From contig JBODTK010000010.1 of the NCBI GenBank assembly GCA_050613775.1, positions 1,240,001 through 1,304,000 on the forward strand: a stretch of DNA of 64,000 bases. Reading direction: 5' to 3'. This document shows positions 13,115-25,888 of this stretch, piece by piece (position 1 is the first letter of the stretch; every line of letters starts with the position of its first letter). The translations under genes were made by a program, and so were the position numbers. The stretch comes from Neocallimastix sp. 'constans' (taxonomy: Eukaryota). A model generated the notes under the pieces. It saw only the letters and a program-made list of their open reading frames with translations. It did not search any database and was not told the DNA's origin.

Positions 13115-15058
13115 CTAAATGCTTATTTTTGTAAGTTGAAATTCAAACGCGTTTTTTTTTTTTTTTTTTTTGATAAAAACCATATTTATTTTATATATAT
13201 TATTTTTTAATTTATAATTGATAATAAATATTAATAAATAAAAAAAAATTCTTATGTAAATATTATTATTATTATTATTATTATTATTATCACTTATACT
13301 ATTATCACTATTATCAACTTCATTATTATTGTTATATATAATATTTATTGTTTCTTTAGGTTTATCAGAAGTTTCCAATCTAGACAGGGCATCAGCTATG
13401 ACATTCTTCCTCCCCTCTTGATATTCGACTTTAACATTCAAGATAGATTTAGCATTTGGAATTAAATTAATTCTATGTGGTAATAATTTAGAAGTTCCAA
13501 GGTCATCAGTCTTCACAGCTAATATGTCTTTAAAAATTTCGAATAGCTTTTTTATAGAGTTCTTATGTTCACTAGGTACAGCATTAATAATATCATTTAT
13601 TAGATTTTCTTTAACATTAATAGTTTGTTCTAATTGTTTATCTTTATTCTGAATAACTATAGTAAGTAGTAAGGGTGTAGATGCATTTTTGTTTTCTTTA
13701 TTAATTTCTTCTCCTGAGTCAATTGGATTTTTCAGATTAATATCGTAGTAAAGGTCAGCTAATTTCTTGTAAGTATTATCTTCATTAATATAATACAATG
13801 AGTCATTAACTAGGTTAATATCAAACCTATTTTTCTTTAATGAATCAACTCCAATTAGAATGTCGAAAAGGTCATCTTTTTCAATTACTCTAAAATAATC
13901 TTGGAAAGTCTTGTCTCCTATAGTTATTTCTAGCTCATATATTTCGGATTCAATTGTCGAGTTTGAACAAGCTTGAAAAATAGTTTCTGAGATTCTTCCT
14001 ATGGCAGGTTTGTTTATATTATATTTTTCTAAAGCAGATCTTGTAATAGCATTAACACTAGCGCAAGTATCTAAAAATATCTCACAATTGGTATTTTCAA
14101 CTTTTCCTTTTACTTTAATTATTTTAAATTTATTAACTATTGTCATCACATTATTAATAGCATTACTTTTAGGAGTAAGCCTCAAAGCTTTACTAAATGC
14201 TGTTCTGAATTTTGGGAATAGATCAAGTAAGTATCCTAATTTAGTAATAACTTCAGTAGATGCAACTTCTTTTAATAGATCTTGTATTAAATAATCATCA
14301 AATTGTTCTATTAATTTAATATGTTTTTCTTTAGATTCTTTGTTGTTACTTAACGAAGGTGGAGATTTCTTTGCATTTTCAATAATATCTTTAATTCTTT
14401 CTTCATAATTGTTTCTTTTACTCGTTCTAATATTCTTCTCGGCTATAATTGAAGGATCTAAGTACTCCAATTTTTCGGTTTGATTACTATTAGAGATAGT
14501 TTTATTATTTTTATCTAAAGTAGTATTCTTATCTACTGTATTTGTAGACTTATTTTTATTAATTTCATTATTTGGTATACCATCTTCAATATCATCTTTA
14601 GTCATAATTACATCTTCAATTGGTAAAGTATTAGTTTCCATATTTTGATCCTTTTGGTTATGCACCTTTTTTCCTTCATTAAGACAAGCATCATATTTGT
14701 TGTTATGTCTCATAGCCGCTGTTTGAATCGGCGTCGGATTATTCTTTAATGTATCATTGGATTTCTCTTTATTATAAGGAATGGAATTTACGTTTTTTTC
14801 TTTTTGTTTTCTGACAGCTGGTGCAAGAACTTCAATTGGTTTATTAATATGTAAAGGTTGATAATTTGATATTGATTTATTATGGTTATTCATATTATTA
14901 TTATTAATATATTTATTATTAATATTGTTACTATTATTATTAATATTGTTACTATTATTATTAATATTTCTATTATGATGATAACAATTATTAGCATTGT
15001 CTTCCATGTGGTTGGTTTGTTTACTGGAAGTTATCCTTCTCCCATTTAGTGGTTTAAA
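13115..15058 (-). pseudogene. pol: E2 deleted pol: protease, then an in-frame jump from the RT N-terminus to the RNase H tail
   Basis: FLDTCAS protease; HRINLIPNAKSI|LNVKVEYQEGRKNVIADALSRL junction at ~13442; no RT core or IN. Confidence 0.85.
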
Positions 15059-16227
15059 GATTTGTTGATCATTCCCCTTTCTTCCATTTCCGCTAATTGT
15101 TTGAACGAATAGGGGCAGTTTGAAGCCTTATGCCCATTTTGGAAACAACGGAAACAAGTAGTTTTCCTATTTTGGTAGTCTTTATTAAAACTTTTATTAT
15201 ATTCCTTATTTGGAATAACCCCTGGATTTCTATTTATGGTAGTTGTAAGTATATTAGCATCAATACTGTTATTATTGTCATATACGTTACTATTTTGAAA
15301 AACAGCGGTAGCTATATTGTTGGTATTGTTATCGTTACTAATATTATTGTTTTTATAATTGTAATTAGAGTTATTACTATTTTGTATTCTATTAGGTAAA
15401 TAATTATAATTATAGTTGTTGTTATCCATGATATTATTCATATTTTGATTGACGTTAGTATTATAATTATTATTGAGGTTCATAAATCTTGAACCATTAC
15501 TAAAGTTTCGGTTATTCCTTCTAAAAGGTGGACGAAAATTATTATTGTAAATATTTCTATTAGTACTTTGATTTATATTATGTTTATAAGAAGGTTCTCC
15601 ATAAAAATTCTGATAAAATGGGTGATTCATTATAGGACTATCCAAATTTTGCACGAACATTAAATTAGATCTATTCTTATTATTATCTTGCCCAATATTA
15701 CTGATTATTTCTTTTTCAGCTTCTTCAGATACTTCAGCTACCTTAAAAGCTTCAGATAAAGTTTCGCATTCGGTTGTCATAACTCTTGAACAAGGAAAGA
15801 CCCGTGTACTTATAGCAGTAGTATAATCCTTTATTGAAATTAATTTTTGATATTCTCTTGGTAGGCCTTTATATAATATTTTGTATCTATGATTAAATTT
15901 TTTTATAGTTTCTTTATTATTAATTTTTAATGATTTTAATACTGCACATTTATCATTAGGTGTGATGTGCAAGTACTCCTCAACGGCAGCTTGGATTTCT
16001 TTGAAGCTGGGATATCTAACTTCGTTTCCATTCTTACTTTTTAAAGAGTTTAAGGCCCCATGCATGTCTTCTTCGACTGCTTCTTTGGCCCAGACAAAAA
16101 TTCTACTTGGTTCCATAACATCGTAGAGCTCCATCACTCTGACGAATTCATGCATCCATCCATCAACATCTTTTCCATAGTCGATGAGATTTGGTAATGC
16201 TTTCTGTAATTTGGCAGCGTCAATCAT
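15046..16227 (-). CDS. gag: E2 Gag with CCHC knuckle
   Basis: 393 aa; CFRCFQNGHKASNC. Confidence 0.9.
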   Translation of the reverse strand: MIDAAKLQKALPNLIDYGKDVDGWMHEFVRVMELYDVMEPSRIFVWAKEAVEEDMHGALNSLKSKNGNEVRYPSFKEIQAAVEEYLHITPNDKCAVLKSLKINNKETIKKFNHRYKILYKGLPREYQKLISIKDYTTAISTRVFPCSRVMTTECETLSEAFKVAEVSEEAEKEIISNIGQDNNKNRSNLMFVQNLDSPIMNHPFYQNFYGEPSYKHNINQSTNRNIYNNNFRPPFRRNNRNFSNGSRFMNLNNNYNTNVNQNMNNIMDNNNYNYNYLPNRIQNSNNSNYNYKNNNISNDNNTNNIATAVFQNSNVYDNNNSIDANILTTTINRNPGVIPNKEYNKSFNKDYQNRKTTCFRCFQNGHKASNCPYSFKQLAEMEERGMINKSLNH

Positions 16228-18030
16228 GATAAATAGAATTTATTAAAAAAATGTAATATAAAATAGTTATATTTATTTATAATATAATAATTGTTTTGTA
16301 AAAAAAAAATGAAGAAACAAAAAAAAATAAAAATTGTTTTATAATAATACAATAAATGCTTTTGTACTATAAATATATAAAATAAAAAAAATGAATGAAT
16401 TAAAGTAAAGTAATTTCTCTTATTATTTTCATATTATTTTATCTTGCTTCCGCCCGGATTCTCCACCAATTTTGGTACGTTATTTTTATATATTGTACCT
16501 TTTATATGATTTGGGGAAAGCAAGTTGTAAAACTATAAAATAATATATTCTAATAAAAGAAATAAATAAAAAAATTATAACACAAAATTAATAATAAATT
16601 TTAATAAATAATAATGTGTTACTTTTAAGTCTTTATTTTATTTATAAGTTTTGTTCTTTAAATAAGTACATTTAAATTTATTATAACTTTATTATATCTT
16701 TAAATTTATATTTTAATAATAATATTAACCAAAATATCCTAAATATTTATTCACCCGAATAAATATTTTATAATTCCTATTCTAACTATTATATTCTTTA
16801 AAGATATTAAATTATTAAGTTCCTCTTTTGTTAGTATTTTATCTTTCACTTATTTTTATACTATAATTTATCTTAATTCTTATTGGTTATCTATTAATTA
16901 AAATTATTTTTATTAATATTATAATTTTATATACTAATTAAACCTTATACCTATTATAATAAAATAACTAAAGAATTATTTATTTTCTTATATTTTTAAT
17001 AATTTATTCTATTTTAGTGAGTAACGTACCAAGATTGGTAGACTCGGGGTTGACACTTAGATATTTAAAATTAAGCAGGGGGGGGGACGGGTATTACCCT
17101 GCTTTGATTTTAAATAAAAAAATTATTTCTTTATTAAAAGTTATTTATATTTTTTTTATTAATATAAAAGTTTTTTTTTTAAAGTACACACATTTAATTT
17201 TTAAGAAATTGTTACAATATTTATATTTTTTTATAAATTTAAAGTATAATTAATTGTTTATAATTTAAGTAATTTTATAGAATTATTGAATTAATTTTAT
17301 ATCAATAATTCATTTTTGTTTTAATTTTTATAAATATAATAATATAATATTCAAATATAATTTAATTAAAAATAATTATAAAATAAATATATAGAAAATA
17401 GTTTTTACTATTTTCTTTGATATTTTTAAGTTAAATAAATTGTTTTTAAAGATTAATATAATAAATTTAATAATCTTTAATTATTTTAAATAATACTTGT
17501 AATTATTTTCAAAATAAAATAAAATTTTTATAATATTTAATTAATAAATTTGATAATATTTAAATAATAATTTTTATAATAAGTAAAAATTTTTAATAAT
17601 AATTTTTAATAATAAATTTAATTAATAATCTTAATAATTTTATAATAATATTTAATAGTTATAATAAATAAATTTTTATAATAATATTTAATAATTTTAA
17701 TAATTTTATAATATTAATAATTTATAATAATTTTTAGAATAATATTTAATTAATAATTTTAATAATTTAGTATCTTAAAAGTATAATTTTAATATTTACA
17801 ATTGTATTTTAATATATACATATATTTAATAATATAACAATAAAGTAATTAATTAAAATTTATTTACATTATTTACAAGTGTAAATTAATTTATATCAAA
17901 ATAAATTAAATTTACAATGAGGTTTAGGTTATGAAGAATATAGGAAAGTACAATTTAGTAAAGAATTATTAATAATAAAATAAAGGTTATTAATTCATTC
18001 TTTACCATGATGCCCCCTCTAAAACTCAAG

Positions 18031-21000
18031 CTACATCGAAGCTGAGTTATACTTGACTATATTCTTCAAATGAACATTCCTATTCATTTGAATTCCAGAA
18101 TTTGGATCAGCCAAGGTAACCGTATTAAAGTGTTTTTTTATAACTTTAAGAGGACCAACAAAATAAGGTTCTAGTTTAGTTCTTGAAAAATTTCTAACTA
18201 GAACTAAATCACCTTCCCTAATTCTTTTTCCCTCATTCAAACTATTCTTTTCCTCTCTTCTAGCAGCCCAATACTTATTTGCATTTTTAACATTTTCGGC
18301 TGCTTCTAAAGTCCATCGGTAATGATTTATAAATTTTTCTAACAACACTTCATCCGATGACTTATTAATATCCTTAGTAGGTCTAGCAGCAATATCAAAA
18401 GGCTGCTGATCTTCCCTACCATAAACCAACTCAAAACTTGAATGTTTTGTTACCTTATTTTTGGTAGTTCTAAGAGCCCATAAGGCGGATGGTAAAACTT
18501 CATCCCAATCCTTATTCTTAGAACCCAACAACCTCAATAACTTGCCGATCTCTTTATTACGGTTTTCCGTAAGTCCATTACTTTCAGGATGATATGTGGA
18601 AATAAACTTCACATATACATCATAGAGATCTAAAAATATTTTCGTCATGTCCGAGGTGAACTGAACACCATTGTCAGTTGTTATTACCTGTGGAACACCA
18701 TGACGAGCAAACACATTAATTAAGAACTTAATCACATCCTGTGATGTTATATTTTCCGTGGGTTCTGCTTCAACCCATTTGGTGAAGTAATCCACCACAA
18801 CCATAATATATTGATTATTATTCTTCGTTTTAATCAAAGGTCCAATAATATCTAAACCCAAATGTATAAAAGGACCTTCTACTTTAGTTGGAATATTTTC
18901 TGTAGGTTCTGGATATGGTTGTGACCTATTCAACTGACACTTGTCACAACTTTGCACCACTCTTTTAATATCCATCACCATATTATTCCAATAAAAACTT
19001 TTACGAAGCCTTTGATAAGTCTTATAATATCCCTCATGACCTACCTTATGGGCTTCTAAAATAAGTTTTACTCTTTCCGTTTGATCAGTAATTAATTTAC
19101 GATAGTCATTACCATCAACAAAGTAATCTTCACCATCTATCGTAACAAATTTTTCATTTATAAAGTCTTTAATAGTTTTAGAAAGCAACTCTTCTTCTTC
19201 CTTTGAAGTTAACTTAGTTGCCAATACCACAGAATCATCTCTTTTCTTCATCCTAGATAATGCATCGGCTAACATATTTTTCTTACCCATTTGATATTGA
19301 ATTTCAACACCAAGGGTACTAACAGTTAAGCACCACCTTGCTTGCCTAGCATTATTAGGTTCCTTATTTTTAAAGAAACTGATTAAAGGTTTATGATCTG
19401 TTATTACTACTGTTTTATTAGGATTTCCTAATATATAAGATTTCAACTTAGTAATACAATAAATTAATGCAGCTCCTTCCAAGTCAGTAATGCCATAATT
19501 TTTCTCGGCTTTACTTAAACTTCTACTTATATAATGAACTGGATGTTCCTTTTTGGTTTCTAAATCTTCTTGGAGTAATACTCCTCCAATACCTTCATAG
19601 GAAGCATCCGTTCTAATTATAAACCTTTGATTAAAACTTGGATATTTTAAAATTGGTGCATTTATTAACTTTTCTTTTAACAGATCAAAACTTTGTTGAT
19701 GTTCATTATTCCATTTATATTTAACATTCTTTCTTAATAATTTACATAAAGGAGCAGAGATTTGAGCATATTTATCAATAAAGTTTCTATAATATCCTAC
19801 TGCTCCAAGAAAAGATCGTAATTCATGAACATCAACAGGTGTTCCCCACTCCTTGATAGCCTTAATTTTGCTATCCTGGGGACTTAAACCTTTCACTGAT
19901 GCCTTATGACCTAAGACTTCTACTTCAGTCTGCATAAAGGCACATTTTTCAATGTTAATTTTTAATTTGTGTTGGCGAAATACTTCCAACACTTGCCTAA
20001 TGTGGCTTATGTGTTCTTTTATACTCTTAGAGTATATTAAAATATCATCTATAAAGTTAAAAACAAACTTTCCTATAAATGGGAAAAGAATCCTATTCAT
20101 TTCCCTTTGAAATGTAGCTGGGGCTCCGGTTAAACCAAAAGGCATAACCTTGAATTGGTAGTTACCAAATTTTGTGGTGAAGGTGGTAATTTCTACACTT
20201 TCCTCATCCATCAAAATTTGATGATAACCAGAGTAAAGATCCATTGTTGTAAAAATCTGTGCCCCATCTAAACTATCAAATATCTCATCAATGTAAGGTA
20301 ATGAATAAGAATCTTTAACTGTTAAATCATTAACCTTACGATAATCAATACATAATCGCCATTTACCGTTCTTCTTCGGTACTAACACTATTGGCGATGA
20401 CCATTCGGAACAAGAAGGTTCAATTAATTTCTTATTAATTAATTTAATTAATTCCTCCTTAAGTATATCCGACTTAAATTTAACTAATCTATAGCACCTT
20501 TGCTTAACTGGTTTCGCACCAGGAATTAAATTAATCTTATGTGGAGGAAGATCAGAAGGTGTTAATTCTTCTGAAGAAGTAGCAACTATTTCTAAGTTCT
20601 CCTCCAGAATTTTAATTATTTCATCTTTATATTTTTCGTTTAAAGTATTTAGGAAAATTTCATGATGAATATATTGCTTTGGGGATAATCCTTCAATTTT
20701 CTTTAAATCATTCTTTTTGGAATCCTCATCCAAAGCCTTAATCATACACAACAACTTTTCTTCATCTTCATAATCATTATTAATAGGTGCAATAACGTCA
20801 ATTACTCCCTCAGGAGTAATTTGACACAAACTATATAAAATGGGGTGGATAAACAAATTATAATCAATTTGGGTTTTTAAGTTAATTAGAATATCGTAAA
20901 AAGGATCCTCCTTTTCTACTATTCTACAATTAACCATTAATACAAGATTATTAATCTTTACTGGTACCCGAATGATATAACCTTCCGAGTAATCATCATT

Positions 21001-22096
21001 CTTAGTTGCCAACCTAATTCTGCCACGACTAATATCAATAGGTTCATATTCGGACGGAAGCTTATCTAAAAATTGTTGAGTAATTATACTTAAATTACTA
21101 CATGAATCAATTAAAGCCTTCCCCGAAACACCTTCAACTGTAACATCAACCATGGCAATATCCTCTTCACATGGTTCGTTACCTTTACTTTTATAAGTGT
21201 GGTCTATGTTATTAACGACCACAGTCGTGGCTGACACATTATCCAACACCCCAGAGATATTAGATTGGTCCCTATCCAATTTAATACCCTGTGACACCTT
21301 ATATCTTAATTTTGGAGCAGCATCCAATAACTGTCCAAAAGTAATATTGCAATGGGCAGAATTTAAATCTTTAAGAATATCATATTCTTCTTCCCCCGAT
21401 TGCATCTTAATTTTCCTAGATACTCTAGAACTTTTATTTTCTTTTTGAGTATCTTTATCTTTACTAATTAACACCTTTGTTAAATCAATTACTTTATTAT
21501 TCTCCTTCACAATACTTTTTTTATTATCATTATTTTCTTTCATTAAATTTTTATTCTTTCTTTTATCATTATTTACATTATTTATAATAACTTCATCATT
21601 CACTAATGAATTATTATTAATATTATCATTACTAATCATTACTATTATCATTACTATGATTATTACTATAATTAGTATTACTATTACTAGCTCTTTCATT
21701 ATCACGAATTTGTCTTTCAATCTCTTTTTCTTTTTCAATTCGTGGTTGAGCTAGAATAGATGGTTTAATTTGTTTAACAATTTTATTACTTATATTATTT
21801 TCTTTTACTTCTCGTTCTTTCTGTTTTCGTAATGCAGGAGTTATTATAGGTTTAGGATTCTCCTTCAACGACTTATGAATCCTTTTCTCTGCACTACCTT
21901 CATCATTATTAACATCATAAATTTTACGTTTAGATGCTCCTACTAAATAATCAACTTTCTTTTTATTAACCACCCTTTTATTAGCAGGAGTTTCTTCAAT
22001 ATTAGAAAGACGAGAATTTTTAATTTCTTTTTGATATTTAAGTGAAGCTGCTTTATTAAGTATGGGAGAGCTTCTTATCCCATTACTCAATTTAAA
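18031..22096 (-). CDS. pol: E3 Pol (PR-RT-RNase H-IN), with an apparent frameshift near 21632-21738
   Basis: LIDSCS, FIDD, TDAS, HHCC, TDNG and GPL motifs; the N-terminal part lies in a different frame (ORF 21632-22090). Confidence 0.9.
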
Positions 22097-22770
22097 CGTT
22101 TATTGTTTCTAATTTCCTTCCTATTTTTCTCAACAATTGCTCTCAACTTTGGGCAATTGTTTTGATAATGACCTGGTTCTTTACAGAAATAACAAGCCTT
22201 TATTGTTAAACTTCTCATTTTTCTTGTTAATTCCTCTATGTCATTATCTTCTTTAGGTTTAATATTAACTTTTTGTTCTAATTTATTTTTAATAGGAGGA
22301 TGAAAATTAACTCTATTACTAAAAGAAGATGTATTTGCAGAAGGTGAAGGGGTAGAAGGATGTCTTCTTTGATTACTACCCATATAATTTAACCTATCTG
22401 CTTTTTCAGCAATTTTAAAGGCTTTTGACAGAGAAATGTTATCAAATAAGGTTAGACGTTTCCAGGCTTCAACATTGTTTTCAATGGAGTCTGTGTAATC
22501 TAAAACACTTATCTGACTTCTTTTCTTTTTATTTAATTTTAAATATAAAGTTTTATACTTAATATTAAAATCTTTGATTCTTTCATTTCTCTTAATTCTT
22601 AGAGCACGTAGCTCTCTTAATAAATTATTTTGATCCTCCCTAATGCCATAAAATTCTTCTATAGCTTTTACAATTCTATTAAGGGAAGGATAAGCCTTAT
22701 TCTTTTTATCAATTTCTTTATCTTCTTCATTATCATCATCCTCATCTTCATCATTAATATCCTTATAATT

Positions 22771-22819
<49 letters not shown>

Positions 22820-23049
22820 CTATCATCATCTTTATTATTATCATCCATTAATTCTTGGATGACTTTCCTGGTTTCACCAATTGAGGTTAAAACACAGGCA
22901 TAAAATATAATCTTGGAGTCTTCAACATGTTCAAGCTTTATCCAAAGCTCTAAATCAGACTTCCAAGTTTTAACATCTAAATTTTCTTTGGATATTTTTT
23001 CAATATCCTTAAGTTCCTTTTTTAAATCTTTAAAATTAATTGTACTCAT
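22087..23049 (-). CDS. gag: E3 Gag (acidic tract, CCHC knuckle)
   Basis: 320 aa; CYFCKEPGHYQNNC. Confidence 0.92.
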
Positions 23050-23368
23050 TTTAAAAAAAAAACACTCTTTTAAAAAAAAATAAAATAAAAAAAAATTGTT
23101 TTATTAATTATTTAATTGCTATATTTTTATTTATTTATTTATTTATTTACAATTAAAATTATATATTTAAGTAATTTATATCTCTAGTGAGACGTTTCCG
23201 GCTAGTGTATATTTAATTTTGCTATATACACCCGTACTCCCCCTCCTGGACACTAGAATAAATATAAATTAATAAACTAGTTGGAGTGTTCACTATTCTT
23301 TCAAGCTAATAACCCCTTTCGTTTATCTTTACTTAAATAAAAAAAATATATACAATTATTTACAAAAA

Positions 23369-23410
<42 letters not shown>

Positions 23411-23442
23411 GCAATTAAAAATATTTAAAAACACAAAAATTA

Positions 23443-23478
<36 letters not shown>

Positions 23479-23644
23479 TTATTTATTTATTTGTTATCGG
23501 TTATTATTACAATATTTACAATTACAATTACAATTACAATTATTATTAAGTTTATATAATTACAACTTAAAAAAAACAAATAAACTTAATTAAAAACAAG
23601 GTAAATTAACAAACCTAATACAACTTGAAAAACCGCTATCTATT

Positions 23645-23945
23645 ACAACTGCCGACCACGCAGAGGAACCTTAGTATTTCGGTATACTAAGTGAATTTGC
23701 CTGAGTCAAGTGGAGGAGCACCCAAACCGTGTTGAACGTATAATGGGTGATCTATAGGGTAATTTCTGCTTCCCAACAGTATTTACCGCTATATCTAATC
23801 GGGGTTCGATTAGTTAGTAACCGGCCCCTCTCCAGACACCTGATTAAACCACTCGCAATTATAGAATTATCTATAACTGCTTAGTACGCAGTACACTCAG
23901 TATATAGTTTTATTTGGAGCACGCGAAGACCAAATAAAACTGATG
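23645..23945. ncRNA. GC-rich structured leader region, motif 2 (E3 copy)
   Basis: Several hairpins; core GCACC..GTGTTGAACGT..GGTGA shared with 61550-61680. Confidence 0.45.
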
Positions 23946-24058
23946 TTAATTTTTATTACTACCACAACAACAACAATCACAACAACAACACCAACCACAA
24001 CAACAACACAAAAACCGATAACAATAAAAAAAAATATGATGATGAATGTAAAAGTGTG

Positions 24059-24140
<82 letters not shown>

Positions 24141-24235
24141 TAATTTAATTTAATTTAATTCTATTAAATTTAATTTAAAAAAAATTATTCTCATAATTCC
24201 AAAAAAAAAATAAGTCCTAGTAGTTCCAATTTCCT

Positions 24236-24737
24236 TCTTGGTCTTCTCCTTCTTGGTCTTCTCCTTCTTGGTCTCTTCTTCTTGGTCTTCTTCTTGGTCT
24301 TCTTCTTGGTTTTCTTCTTGGTTTTCTTCTTGGTTTTCTTCTTGGTCTTCTTCTTGGTCTTCTTCTTGGTTTTCTTCTTGGTTTTCTTCTTGGTCTTCTT
24401 CTTGGTCTTCTTCTTGGTTTTCTTCTTGGTTTTCTTCTTGGTCTTCTTCTTGGTCTTCTTCTTGGTTTTCTTTTTCTTGGTCTTCTTCCACTTGGTCTAC
24501 TTCTTGGTCTTCTTTTTCTTGGTCTTCTTCCACTTGGTCTACTTCTTGGTCTTCTTTTTCTTGGTCTTCTTCCACTTGGTTTTCTTCTTGGTCTTCTTTT
24601 TCTTGGTCTTCTTCCACTTGGTCTACTTCTTGGTCTTCTTTTTCTTGGTCTTCTTCCACTTGGTCTACTTCTTGGTCTTCTTTTTCTTGGTCTTCTTCCA
24701 CTTGGTCTACTTCTTCTTCTTCTTCTTCTTCTTCTAC

Positions 24738-24798
<61 letters not shown>

Positions 24799-24853
24799 AC
24801 TTCTTCTTCTTCTTCTTCTACTTCTACTTCTTCTTCTTCTTCTTCTTCTTCTT
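24236..24853. repeat. (TCT)n-derived 12/45-bp tandem repeat in the E3 leader
   Basis: TCTTCTTGGTCT-type units grading into near-pure TCT next to the PBS. Confidence 0.95.
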
Positions 24854-25888
24854 CCCCGATATCTCCACCAATTTTGGTAGACTCGGGGTTGACACTTAGA
24901 TATTTAAAATCAAGCAGGGGGGGACGGGTATTACCCTGCTTTGATTTAAAAAAAAAATAATTCTTGATTAAAAATTATTTATTTTTTTTTATTAATATAA
25001 AAGTTTTTTATTTAAAGTACACATATTTAATTTTTTTTTAAGAAATTATTACAATATTTATATTTTTTTATAAATTTAAAGTATAATTAATTGTTTATAA
25101 TTTAAGTAATTTTATAGAATTATTGAATTAATTTTATATCAATAATTCATTTTTGTTTTAATTTTTATAAATATAATAATATAATATTCAAATATAATTT
25201 AATTAAAAATAATTATAAAATAAATATATAGAAAATAGTTTTTACTATTTTCTTTGATATTTTTAAGTTAAATAAATTGTTTTTAAAGATTAATATAATA
25301 AATTTAATAATCTTTAATTATTTTAAATAATACTTGTAATTATTTTCAAAATAAAATAAAATTTTTATAATATTTAATTAATAAATTTGATAATATTTAA
25401 ATAATAATTTTTATAATAAGTAAAATTTTTAATAATAATTTTTAATAATAAATTTAATTAATAATCTTAATAATTTTATAATAATATTTAATAGTTATAA
25501 TATATAAATTTTTATAATAATATTTAATAATTTTAATAATTTTATAATATTAATAATTTATAATAATTTTTAGAATAATATTTAATTAATAATTTTAATA
25601 ATTTATAATAATTTTTATAATAATATTTAATTAATATTTTTAATAATTTAGTATCTTAAAAGTATAATTTTAATATTTACAATTGTATTTTAATATATAC
25701 ATATATTTAATAATATAACAATAAAGTGATTAATTAAAATTTATTTACATTATTTACAAATTAAAATTAATTTATATCAAAATAAATTAAATTTACAATG
25801 AGGTTTAGGTTATGAAGAATATAGGAAAGTACAATTTAGTAAAGAATTATTAATAATAAAATAAAGGTTATTAATTCATTCTTTACCA

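Larger units (their letters stand above)
7605..17031 (-). mobile_element. E2: non-autonomous Ty3/gypsy element (gag + protease) containing a nested MULE
   Basis: LTRs 7605-8167 and 16473-17031 (TGGTACG...CGTACCA; a 4-bp indel seen); AGAT on both flanks; PBS 16453-16468; PPT 8168-8180. Confidence 0.95.
17036..25888 (-). mobile_element. E3: full-length Ty3/gypsy element
   Basis: LTRs 17036-18007 and 24875-25888 (TGGTA...TACCA); TSD AGAT; PBS 24852-24870; gag and PR-RT-RH-IN. Confidence 0.97.

Noticed and set aside
9275..13118. Hydrophobic ORFs 9275-9697, 10892-11098, 12687-13118 and 12697-12972
   Set aside because: They are translations of minisatellites
24238..24960. Ser/Trp-rich and Phe-rich ORFs on +
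   Set aside because: Alternative frames of a TCT-based repeat
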